From positions 1 through 15,269 of the forward strand of contig CAZECW010000006.1 in the NCBI GenBank assembly GCA_964510585.1: DNA of 15,269 nt. Reading direction: 5' to 3'. Made by a program: the position numbers and the translations under genes. The notes below the pieces were generated by a model that was given only the letters and a program-made list of their open reading frames with translations, was not told where the DNA came from and made no database searches. Within the stretch, counting starts at the first letter, position 1; the number at the start of each line of letters is the position of its first letter. Origin of the DNA: an uncultured archaeon (lineage in GTDB: Archaea > Asgardarchaeota > Jordiarchaeia > Jordiarchaeales > Jordiarchaeaceae). Of this stretch, positions 8,094 to 15,269 are shown piece by piece.

Positions 8094-8318
8094 ATGACGA
8101 TTGTAACATTGAGTTCAAGGGGAAGATTGACGCTTCCGGCTGAGGTTAGGTCTAAGATCAAAGCCACAAAATTCTTGGTTCTTCTGGAAGATGACTCCAT
8201 AAGACTAATTCCTCTTCCAGACCCATTAAAACTAAAGGACTCAATAAAAATTCCATGGAGCCTGGAAGAACTTGAAGAGACGGGCGAAGAATTTACACTC
8301 AAAAGAGCTGAAGGGTAA
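8094..8318 (+). CDS. AbrB/MazE/SpoVT-family DNA-binding antitoxin (VapB-type)
   Basis: VTLSSRGRLTLPAEVRSKI ... LLEDDSIRLIP; acidic C-terminus; GAGGGA SD; overlaps the downstream PIN gene. Confidence 0.88.
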   Translation: MTIVTLSSRGRLTLPAEVRSKIKATKFLVLLEDDSIRLIPLPDPLKLKDSIKIPWSLEELEETGEEFTLKRAEG

Positions 8319-8655
8319 ATTTCTACTATTCTAATGTCTTCCTGTCCTATCTGAAAGGCGACGAACTCTCAGCTCAAGCAGAAAAGGTCATAAAATCTGC
8401 AGTCGGAGGCACTCTAGAAGCCTTTGCATCCTCAATGCTCTATGATGATGTGATATCGGGGTTACGGTCAAAAGGTATGACGCCCAATGAAATTCTGCAG
8501 GTTCTCACAGCTATTGCATCAATACCTCACGCCGCTCTTCCGGTTACCCCCACGATAGCGATAGGCACCCTAACACTATACATAAAATATGGTGGTCAAA
8601 GGAAACTCCACTACTTATGCATTCCACGTAGCCACATCCAGAATCTAGGAGTTAC

Positions 8656-8926
8656 AAAACCTTGGCGAGAAAGCCCCCGACTTTAGTCGTGGGGATGAAT
8701 CGCCAAAAAAGCTTATTTGAAAGTAGGGTTATAAGTAGTTGTTGGTAGCTGAAGGGTTTGGCTTGGGCTTAAGAGGCTAAACAAGATGCAGCCCCCATGA
8801 GGGTGCCAACATAGACGCCGTTCCCCTAAGGGAAGGGCGTGTTAACTGGGTGATGGCACACCCATTGCTTCGAAGGTGATGAGCCAGAAGCAAGAATCTC
8901 CCGACTTTAGTTGCGGAGAGTGTCAA
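8656..8926 (+). mobile_element. complete 271-bp non-autonomous IS200/IS605 element (MITE/PATE) with IS608-type ends
   Basis: Target TTAC (8652-8655); LE guide AAAG (8670-8673) before hairpin CCCC-CGAC-TTTA-GTCG-T-GGGG (8674-8694); RE guide GAAT (8894-8897), hairpin 8898-8918, TCAA 8923-8926. No target duplication, no transposase ORF, and precise removal restores the vapC frame. Confidence 0.93.
8705..8726 (+). promoter_or_regulatory. putative archaeal BRE/TATA promoter inside the MITE
   Basis: AAAAAAGCTTATTTGAAA followed by TTATAAG just inside the left end, oriented toward the omegaRNA-like scaffold. Motif match only. Confidence 0.4.
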
Positions 8927-8946
8927 CGATAATAACAAGCGATGAA
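8785..8946 (+). ncRNA. putative TnpB omegaRNA scaffold plus vapC-derived guide, copy 2
   Basis: Same stems as copy 1; ends at the RE TCAA, followed by flank CGATAATAACAAGCGATGAA. The 5' boundary is approximate. Confidence 0.55.
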
Positions 8947-9108
8947 TATATAATTGAACACCAAAAAAATCTAGGCATAAACGCGATCAATTTAGAAAAC
9001 TTATAACAGTTCGGGATAATACTAGCTATTAATGGATTTTCATAGATGTCTCTGTGGACACAATTTTTATTTACTGTTTTTCCCAATTATTCAAAGGGAG
9101 GATCTATT

Positions 9109-9588
9109 ATGAGTGATTCTACAAACTTCACGGAGATCAGAAAGATCGCGGTTAACTGTCTAGTTGGGGAACTAGGTGAGAAGTTTCTTGGACTAGCCCT
9201 TTTTGGGAGTGTGGCGCGAGGGGAGGGAAATGAGAGAAGCGACTTGGACTTCTTTGTGGTTACACGGGGAGTTGAAGGGGATCGTGAACAGAGGAGAAGA
9301 AGAATGTATCGAATCCTCTCTCCAGTAAATAGGAGGTTTAGGAGAGATGTCTCGGTTTTCACCCTGGAGGAGAGTGAAATTACGGATGTTACTCCTCTTC
9401 TTATAAACATCGCTCACGATGCAGTGATATTATTCGACCCGGAAGGATATCTTGAAAAACTTTTTGAGCGGGTAAAAGAGGCTGTGAGAAGGGCTGGGCT
9501 TGTACCTTACAGGACTAGAGATGGAAAAATCGGGTGGAAACCGGTAAGAGAGCTAGAGTGGGGAGAAAAAATTGAGGTGAAATTTTGA
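9109..9588 (+). CDS. minimal nucleotidyltransferase (MNT/MntA-type antitoxin)
   Basis: LFGSVARGEGNERSDLDFFVV (GS..DxD motif); GGGAGGA SD before ATG 9109; overlaps the HEPN start by 4 nt. Confidence 0.9.
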   Translation: MSDSTNFTEIRKIAVNCLVGELGEKFLGLALFGSVARGEGNERSDLDFFVVTRGVEGDREQRRRRMYRILSPVNRRFRRDVSVFTLEESEITDVTPLLINIAHDAVILFDPEGYLEKLFERVKEAVRRAGLVPYRTRDGKIGWKPVRELEWGEKIEVKF

Positions 9589-10046
9589 ACTCAGAAGAAG
9601 AAGCCAAATACAGGCTCACCCTAGCTCAAGGATATTTGGAGAGAGCTGAGGAAGCCTCAAAACGTGGAGACCACTTCGCAGTCATTTCAAACTCCCAGCT
9701 AGCAGTAGAAAACTCGGCAAAAGCGGTTATCTCCTGCTTTAGAATTCCCAGCTGGAGTCACGACCCAAGTAGTGAACTCTTGGAAGTGACTGAGAGTAAC
9801 AGGGGCAAAATTGAGAAAAGAACTGGGATTAACGTTTATCACGCGCTAAGCACTTTAGCTTCTCACTCCAGTAACCTGGCACCTGAACATGGGAGAATGA
9901 GTTATGGAGATCCCAACCTAAGAATACCGCCTTGGGACTTGGCAAACGCGCAACGGGCCAGAGAAGCCCTAAGCTATGCACGGGAGTCAGTAAAAATTGC
10001 AGAAAAATTTGTCGAAAGATGGTTTTCGGTGGATCCTAAAAATTGA
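9585..10046 (+). CDS. HEPN-domain protein (COG2250-type), MNT-HEPN toxin partner
   Basis: AKYRLTLAQGYLERAEEA, SQLAVENSAKAVI, SHD, HGRMSYGD and AREALSYARES helical pattern; coupled to MNT. Confidence 0.88.
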   Translation: MNSEEEAKYRLTLAQGYLERAEEASKRGDHFAVISNSQLAVENSAKAVISCFRIPSWSHDPSSELLEVTESNRGKIEKRTGINVYHALSTLASHSSNLAPEHGRMSYGDPNLRIPPWDLANAQRAREALSYARESVKIAEKFVERWFSVDPKN

Positions 10047-10132
10047 GAGTTGCCGCGCCTAGCTTTTGGACTCGCTATTAACCATTCTGAATGTCTTCTG
10101 CTTCCTGTTTAGGATAGGTTCATGGCTCTTTT

Positions 10133-11800
10133 TTATTCTAGGATTTTTGTGACGCGTCCAATTGTTCTTGTTGTTCCTTCTCTGGTGAGGATTCTGTCTC
10201 CCACTCTTAGGAATTCTGGTGAGTATTTTAGTCGCAGTTTAACTTTTGCGAAGTCTCCAACTACTAAGTAGTCGTGGCCTTCGATTTCTTCAAAAACTAC
10301 TGTTTGTTGGATAGTGTTAGTTTGGAGTACTGGTGAGTAGCCTACGGAGATTTTTGCGGGGTGTCTTGTTACCACAATGTTTGCTTCAAATAGCCTGCAG
10401 GCTTTGGATTCAAAGTCCATGTCTGCGATGATTTGACCTCTCCTAATTTTTTTGGGGTCTACACGTTTAACGTCGAAACCGAATATGTCCCCCGCTTTGA
10501 CGCGCTGGACGCGTTCCCGGAAGACTTCTACTGTGGAGATTTTTCCCTCGAAAAAGTGTCCGTTTTCGTCAGGGCCTATTTTCACTCTTTGTCCGGGTTT
10601 GAATATTCCCTGCTTGACTGTTCCCGTGACTACCACGTTTGTCCCTGGCAGTCCCAGGTAAACCTTGTCTATGTAGGCTAGTGCTGGTTTTGTGAGTGAT
10701 TCTTGAGTTATGCGTGACGGTAGGCTGGCTAGTATGTTTATGAGGAGGTTTAAACCATCACTGGTGACGCTGCTTACTTCAACTATGGGGACGATTATTC
10801 TGTGCATAATCTCCTTTTGTATAATTTTGATGTCTTCCTCGTCTCTAACGAATAGGGGTAGCCGGCCAATGTTTTTGATGGTTTGGCGAACCACTTCTCT
10901 TACCTTTTCCAGTTCGGGAGGCTTTGCTTGGTCCACTTTTGAAATTAGAACCATGAATGGTGTTTCCTGACTAGCCATGAGTAAGAGGTGTTCTCTTGTA
11001 ATGTCGTCCAAGCGCCAGACGCCTGTCCGCATCTCTTCTGACAGCATGAGTTTATACTCGTCTCGGGCTGGGATGAGTATTACACCGTACTGAGAATCGG
11101 ATCCTAGGATGGCCCTAATCATAGTTTTTACGTATTCTGAGTGTCCGGGGGCGTCTACAAAATTGATTATTCTTTTTGACCGTTCTAATACTCTGGCTCT
11201 TTCCTCTGGATCCAATGGATTTTCTAGTGGGGTTATTTTGTTGTTGTGGTCTAGTCCTACGAATGCGAAGTGGAGGTCGGCTGTCTGCCCTTTTTCCAGT
11301 TCTTGGGGGTGTCTGAGTAGGCAGGCTCTTGCTGATCCCTTTCCATCGTCTAGCTTGTTTCCCAGGAGAACCCCTATAAGAGTGCTTTTACCAGCGTTAA
11401 CTCTTCCCGCGAATCCTACGGAGATTAGATCCTGTAATTCCTCTGAGGGTGTTTTTGCCAGAGTATACCTTAATACAATTCCTTTAGTGGTGTGAAAAGT
11501 ATACTTTTCGGTTATGTTTAAACCCGCTTCTTGGCAGATTATCCTTAGCACGAAGTCTGAAACCTCAGCCTGCTCCTCTGTTAATCCAAATATCTCCCAC
11601 TCCTCGCCGCCTAAGTCCTCTATTCCAACAAAAAGGTTTCCCTCGCCCTCACTTGTTATATATTTTAATTGTGCTATAAGCTTTTGTTTTCTTTTTGGAG
11701 ACAGGTCTGCAGATTTTAGAAGACGCTTAAACTCCGTGCGAAAATTTTCGCCCCGATTCACCAAATCTCTGAGAACATCATTGTCAGACAAAACTAACAC
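10133..11800 (-). CDS. GTPBP1/GTPBP2-like translational GTPase (EF-Tu/EF1A superfamily) with N-terminal AlbA_2/Schlafen-like domain
   Basis: G1 GRVNAGKST, G2 RHPQELEKGQT, G3 DAPGH, G4 SKVD, G5 SSVT; beta-barrel domains II and III; N-terminal GENFRTEFK...LIAQLKY...GEGNLFVGIED. Confidence 0.9.
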   Translation of the reverse strand: MLVLSDNDVLRDLVNRGENFRTEFKRLLKSADLSPKRKQKLIAQLKYITSEGEGNLFVGIEDLGGEEWEIFGLTEEQAEVSDFVLRIICQEAGLNITEKYTFHTTKGIVLRYTLAKTPSEELQDLISVGFAGRVNAGKSTLIGVLLGNKLDDGKGSARACLLRHPQELEKGQTADLHFAFVGLDHNNKITPLENPLDPEERARVLERSKRIINFVDAPGHSEYVKTMIRAILGSDSQYGVILIPARDEYKLMLSEEMRTGVWRLDDITREHLLLMASQETPFMVLISKVDQAKPPELEKVREVVRQTIKNIGRLPLFVRDEEDIKIIQKEIMHRIIVPIVEVSSVTSDGLNLLINILASLPSRITQESLTKPALAYIDKVYLGLPGTNVVVTGTVKQGIFKPGQRVKIGPDENGHFFEGKISTVEVFRERVQRVKAGDIFGFDVKRVDPKKIRRGQIIADMDFESKACRLFEANIVVTRHPAKISVGYSPVLQTNTIQQTVVFEEIEGHDYLVVGDFAKVKLRLKYSPEFLRVGDRILTREGTTRTIGRVTKILE

Positions 11801-11830
11801 CCATCAAATATAATTTGAATGATTAACGGA

Positions 11831-11840
11831 TTTAAATATA
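11831..11840 (-). promoter_or_regulatory. putative TATA box for the GTPBP1-like gene
   Basis: TATATTTAAA on the minus strand about 30 nt upstream of GTG 11800, consistent with a near-leaderless transcript. Confidence 0.45.
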
Positions 11841-11985
11841 CTCTAAAAACTCCCTAAAATGGAAATGCGAATCCATTAACCTAATAGCTCCCTTTTTGCT
11901 TCTCATTACTGTTTCTTATCCAACAAAAATACGAAAAATCAGTTCCTAGCCTATTCCGCTTACTAGAAATGTGGAGATGTTCATT

Positions 11986-12513
11986 TCAAATTTTTTGGGA
12001 AAGTAGTAGATAATCGTGGAGCATTCTTCCTTTATCGGTTAAGTGTAGCGTCCCCTTTTTTTCAGAGACCAGCTTTAAAATTTTTAAAACTGTTAGCTTG
12101 AAGGGAAGTTCCTCTTTTTTGATGTCACTTACTGCTAAAACTTCATCAATCGTTAAAAGGCTCCAGCCCAAACTTCTAATAATGCTTATGCCCTCGTTTC
12201 CTATTAGCGATATGAGAAAACTTATTTCCCCGTCCAGCTTGCTGTGGGGGAAGGCTTCACTTATGTATTCACAACGGAATCCATTAATGAAGCACCTGCC
12301 ATTGCAGTTCCAGGTTCTTCTGGAATAGGGATCAAGTAAACACTTGGATTCCACAGATTTTGAAAAGAAGGGACACTCTCCCACTTCAGATGTGTAACCC
12401 TGTATTAATGCTTGGGCGCAATCGTCCCTAACTAAAGGGTCAAAACTAATCTTTTTTCCCCTATTTTCTTCTCTGATTCCTTCCAAGCTATGCACCTTTA
12501 AAGTTATGTACAC
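11986..12513 (-). CDS. hypothetical protein: Cys-rich N-terminal region plus C-terminal winged-helix-like domain
   Basis: Six Cys in the N-terminal half. The C-terminus TIDEVLAVSDIKKEELPFKLTVLKILKLVSEKKGTLHLTDKGRMLHDYL fits a wHTH ending in Y/H-x-LT-x-KG. Confidence 0.65.
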   Translation of the reverse strand: MYITLKVHSLEGIREENRGKKISFDPLVRDDCAQALIQGYTSEVGECPFFSKSVESKCLLDPYSRRTWNCNGRCFINGFRCEYISEAFPHSKLDGEISFLISLIGNEGISIIRSLGWSLLTIDEVLAVSDIKKEELPFKLTVLKILKLVSEKKGTLHLTDKGRMLHDYLLLSQKI

Positions 12514-12588
12514 TATTTTTTGTCCATCCTCTGTTTTTAAGGCTTTTAGTACTTTTATCCGCAGATGGTCACCACTGTTATTTATTTC

Positions 12589-13449
12589 CTAAAACTTTTT
12601 GGCAACAAAAATGTCTAGAACACTTAGATAGAAGCCAGGAGATAAACTTCTTATTCTTCTCTTGTAGGTGATTTCAACTTCCAATTTCAATTCTTCTAGT
12701 CTAGATGTAACCTTTTCGCATAACTTTTCAAGTTGCTGAGATTTTTCTCCCCTAGCTATTACTGTATCATAATAGTGAATCGTTCCCCCCGGAGTTATTT
12801 TTTGGGCCGCGACGCTCAAATATTCGTAGGCCTTGAGAGGAAGAGGCATTATTATTCGGTTAGCTAATGCTGGTTCCTGGATTTGGGCCGCGTCTCCAAG
12901 GATGGGTATAACCTTGTCTTCGACATGGTTGAGTAGAATGTTTTTTTTCAAATACTCGATGGCTAAGGGGTTAATATCAACGGAGAAAACTCGGCAGTTT
13001 CTCACCCTTTTAGCGATTAGGATGGAGAAGGCTCCAATTCCAGAAAACATGTTTAGTACAACTTCCCCCTCTCTAACTAGGTTTGCCACCCTGTTATGCT
13101 CGTAACTTAGTCTAGGGGTGAAAAACACCTTCGCTAAGTCCAGCTTGTATCTACACTCATATTCTCTGTGGACTGTTTCTGTTCTATCCTCACCCGCAAT
13201 GACCCTCACTTCCCCCACACGTTTCTCATTTTCAATATTTCCCACTCGCACAACAACGGTTCGAAACTGGGGATAATTATCAAGAATCGCTTCACCTATC
13301 CGGTGGTAGAACTCTGATAATTCGGGGGAGAGCCTCAGCACACAAATATCCCCAACTTGTTCGTGTCTGCGTGGAATTAGGTGCCACTTATCCTCAGGAA
13401 GCAATTTTCGAAGTATTTCTTCCTGTCTCACTATACCCTTATCTCCCAA
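12589..13449 (-). CDS. trm5: Trm5/Taw2 (Met-10+-like) class I SAM-dependent tRNA-modifying enzyme, most likely tRNA m1G37 methyltransferase
   Basis: QVGDIC, VIAGEDRTETVHREY, KVFFTPRLSYEH, VLNMFSGIGAF, VDINPLA, NRIIMPLP, GGTIHYY. The short form lacks the N-terminal D1 domain. Confidence 0.8.
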   Translation of the reverse strand: MGDKGIVRQEEILRKLLPEDKWHLIPRRHEQVGDICVLRLSPELSEFYHRIGEAILDNYPQFRTVVVRVGNIENEKRVGEVRVIAGEDRTETVHREYECRYKLDLAKVFFTPRLSYEHNRVANLVREGEVVLNMFSGIGAFSILIAKRVRNCRVFSVDINPLAIEYLKKNILLNHVEDKVIPILGDAAQIQEPALANRIIMPLPLKAYEYLSVAAQKITPGGTIHYYDTVIARGEKSQQLEKLCEKVTSRLEELKLEVEITYKRRIRSLSPGFYLSVLDIFVAKKF

Positions 13450-13520
13450 TCGCTACATTAGCCGGAGAAATCCACCAATAGAGGGATATATTCTTATTCG
13501 ACTTCAAAATTTTTTCTCTT

Positions 13521-15011
13521 CTACAGGGTGTCGAGCATGTCTTGGACGTGTGATTCAGGTATTATGTCGTGTGGAAGTCCTTCCCTGAACCCAACCCATG
13601 TCCTCTTGGCGTAACGTGCTTTTTCCCACATTTCCTTCGTGTTTCTTGCTCCAACGTAACCATATGCTGCTTTGAGAGCGTCTGCCAGGTCTCTTACCAG
13701 TGTCCTAACGGAGCCCCTATAAGTCACCATTCCCTCCACACCCTCAGCTATTCTCTTGGTGCCCCTAGTGTATCTGTCTACTGCGTATCTTTCCCTAATG
13801 GCTGATGGAGAAGCCATTCCTCTGTACCTTTTCATGGGTACTCCCCTAATATAGACTTTCTCGCTAGGTGCCTCATCTGTTCCGGCAAATAGGTACCCAA
13901 TCATAACTGCGCTTGCTCCTACACCCATTGCTTTTGCAATGTCGCCACTTCCTCGGATTCCGCCATCTGCTACAACACTTATGTGTGCATCGTGTTCCTG
14001 AACTGCGTCTGCGACGAGTGCTGTGGCGGATAAGGTTGTTAGTCCTACTCCGGTTACTTGGGTGGTTTGGCAAATGCTTCCACCCCCCAATCCTACTCGT
14101 AGACTCGCAAGATTGTTTATGTCGCTTGTGATTACCTCGTGTGCTGCCTCTTCTGTGGCTATGTTTCCGTACATGATGAAGGCGTTTACGTCTTTCGAGA
14201 TTTTTTCCACTGATTTTAAGGCATTAATGTTCATACCGTGGGCTATATCTATGACTAAAATATCTACTCCCACCAGATCCAGTCTTATAGCTCTTTCGTG
14301 GTCAAAGGGGCTTATAGCGGCGCCCACCATTAAGCGTCCCTCTGCGTCTCTTGAAACGTGTGGTGAGTCCTCCAATCTTTTGATGTCTTTGAGTGTTATT
14401 AGACCGGTGAGTTTTCTGAGTTCGTCTAAAACAAGCAGTTTTTCTATTCGGTGAAGGTGGAGCAACTGCTTTACCTTCTCTGTGTTAAGTTTTCCCCCCT
14501 GAAGTATTTCCCTCTCCATGACTGTAACCAGTTTTTCCTTGGGAGTCATTTCCGAACTTACTGGAGCGTCAGGATTAGCGGTGATAACGTCTCTATTGGT
14601 AATTATTCCAACTAGGTCGCCGGATTTGTCCAGAACAGGTAGTCCTGAAATGTTTTTTTCACGCATAATTCTAATAACTGTAGAGATGGGAGTGTCCGGT
14701 GTAACCGTTAGGGGATCCCTAATTATTCCCGATATCTCTTCACGTTTAACCTTCTTTGCCATTTCCACTTCTACTTGTGTGGGACAGTTCCTGTGAAGTA
14801 CTCCCAAAGCTCCCTCCCTAGCTAGAGCTATACACATTTCTGATTCAGTGACCCTATCCATGGGTGAGGATATAAAAGGTAAAGCTAACATGTGCTCCGG
14901 AGTTATCCACACAGAAATATCAGCTTCGCTGGGTTCAAAATCGCTCCTTCCGGGCAGTAGGGCAACATCGTCAAATGCTAGGTGCTCATTGATTTTATTG
15001 TTATACTGCAT
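13521..15011 (-). CDS. guaB: inosine-5'-monophosphate dehydrogenase with tandem CBS domains
   Basis: [21 protein letters not shown] pair, IDIAHG, GNIAT, catalytic loop [22 protein letters not shown], flap DRY, AEGVEG. Start is most likely ATG 15011 (alternatives 15035 and 15044). Confidence 0.93.
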   Translation of the reverse strand: MQYNNKINEHLAFDDVALLPGRSDFEPSEADISVWITPEHMLALPFISSPMDRVTESEMCIALAREGALGVLHRNCPTQVEVEMAKKVKREEISGIIRDPLTVTPDTPISTVIRIMREKNISGLPVLDKSGDLVGIITNRDVITANPDAPVSSEMTPKEKLVTVMEREILQGGKLNTEKVKQLLHLHRIEKLLVLDELRKLTGLITLKDIKRLEDSPHVSRDAEGRLMVGAAISPFDHERAIRLDLVGVDILVIDIAHGMNINALKSVEKISKDVNAFIMYGNIATEEAAHEVITSDINNLASLRVGLGGGSICQTTQVTGVGLTTLSATALVADAVQEHDAHISVVADGGIRGSGDIAKAMGVGASAVMIGYLFAGTDEAPSEKVYIRGVPMKRYRGMASPSAIRERYAVDRYTRGTKRIAEGVEGMVTYRGSVRTLVRDLADALKAAYGYVGARNTKEMWEKARYAKRTWVGFREGLPHDIIPESHVQDMLDTL

Positions 15012-15048
15012 CCCCAACTTTTCTGAAAATTTCATAAATCTCACCGGC

Positions 15049-15056
15049 TTATAAAA
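15049..15056 (-). promoter_or_regulatory. putative TATA box for guaB
   Basis: TTTTATAA on the minus strand about 40 nt upstream of ATG 15011; argues against the GTG 15044 start. Confidence 0.45.
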
Positions 15057-15123
15057 ATGTTTAATGGATTAATCCCTGATTTAGATTTAAAATTTTTGTA
15101 TCCAAATCCTAACATAAATCCCC

Positions 15124-15151
15124 TAAAACAAGAACAAAACCCCTTTCGGGG
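15124..15151 (-). terminator. hairpin plus U-rich tract after the upstream partial gene
   Basis: Minus strand CCCC-GAAA-GGGG followed by TTTTGTTCTTGTTTT, 3 nt after the TAA at 15155-15157. Confidence 0.55.
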
Positions 15152-15154
15152 AAA

Positions 15155-15269
15155 TTATCGATAAATTGGACTGCTTATGATGTGGTTCCAATCAGTTATC
15201 CTCTCCCCAAATCCAAGTTCCTTCACAACTTCAAACCCAGGGGGAGGCTTACCCATCCCTGATGAGTAC
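15155..15269 (-). CDS. 3' end of an unidentified gene entering from the window edge
   Basis: Open frame ...YSSGMGKPPPGFEVVKELGFGERITDWNHIISSPIYR* followed by a terminator-like hairpin. Confidence 0.55.
   Translation of the reverse strand, partial: YSSGMGKPPPGFEVVKELGFGERITDWNHIISSPIYR

Larger units (their letters stand above)
8308..9006 (+). pseudogene. vapC: VapC/PIN-domain toxin pseudogene, disrupted by two frameshifts, an in-frame TAG and the MITE
   Basis: Reconstruction: LKGKFLL[D]SNVFLSYLKGDELS...MLYDDVISGLRSKG...KLHY[FD]AFHVATSRI*ELP|IITSDEYIIEHQKNLGINAINLENL*. Frameshifts at about 8329 and 8615-8618, TAG at 8646-8648. Removing 8656-8926 restores TTA CCG ATA ATA ACA AGC GAT. Confidence 0.85.

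Noticed and set aside
8435-8686. 83-aa ORF in the track as a stand-alone gene
   Set aside because: It is the middle fragment of the vapC pseudogene, running out of frame after about 8616 and into the MITE left end.
8876-8882. Box C motif GTGATGA in MITE copy 2 (possible C/D sRNA or K-turn)
   Set aside because: Created by the 4-nt deletion, absent from copy 1, and no properly placed downstream box D (CTGA) was seen.
8656-8926. IStron (self-splicing intron/IS hybrid) that could restore vapC at the RNA level
   Set aside because: Too short for a group I core, ends in TCAA rather than a terminal G, and vapC has independent frameshifts and a stop.
8656-8926. CRISPR-like repeat or classical TIR/TSD MITE (shared CCCGACTTTAGT motif at both ends)
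   Set aside because: The motif is the TnpA-binding hairpin, present in direct orientation at LE and RE. There is no spacer array, no terminal inverted repeat and no target duplication.
862-15054. Remaining track ORFs (e.g. 862-1101, 2254-2502, 2747-3772 set, 4725-5315, 5015-5311, 5885-6196, 8078-8302, 9087-9417, 10433-11813 set, 12098-12328, 12833-13105, 13569-15054 set)
   Set aside because: Antisense or alternative-frame shadows of well-supported genes, with no recognisable motifs.
15259-15266. CTGATGAG, resembling a hammerhead ribozyme core
   Set aside because: At the window edge with no visible stems or GAAA partner, and antisense to an apparent coding frame.

Overview
Archaeal chromosomal window, probably from an Asgard-type archaeon. 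That assignment is inferred from a Rab-like small-GTPase-fold protein, a GTPBP1/2-type translational GTPase, a UPF0282 MBL hydrolase and archaeal TATA/SD signals. Conventional genes: PLDc_N-like small membrane protein, UPF0282 hydrolase, endonuclease V, secreted S8 protease, UPF0280/ApbE-like protein, ThiS/MoaD ubiquitin-like protein, AbrB antitoxin, MNT-HEPN toxin-antitoxin pair, GTPBP1-like GTPase, Trm5-family methyltransferase and IMP dehydrogenase. Main points not explained by the ORF track: (1) a complete 271-bp protein-less IS200/IS605 element (8656-8926) with the exact IS608 cleavage/guide tetranucleotides (TTAC/AAAG, TCAA/GAAT), an internal promoter-like motif and a TnpB omegaRNA-like scaffold. 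It sits inside a decayed vapC gene, and the 3' half of a second copy is at 1-138. (2) A Rab-like protein with dead nucleotide-binding motifs, fused to a Cys cluster and a polybasic tail, encoded directly behind a ubiquitin-like GG protein. (3) A stand-alone, apparently catalytically dead aspartokinase N-lobe. (4) A GTPBP1 N-terminal domain with a Schlafen-like acidic triad. No rRNA, tRNA or CRISPR array was recognised.
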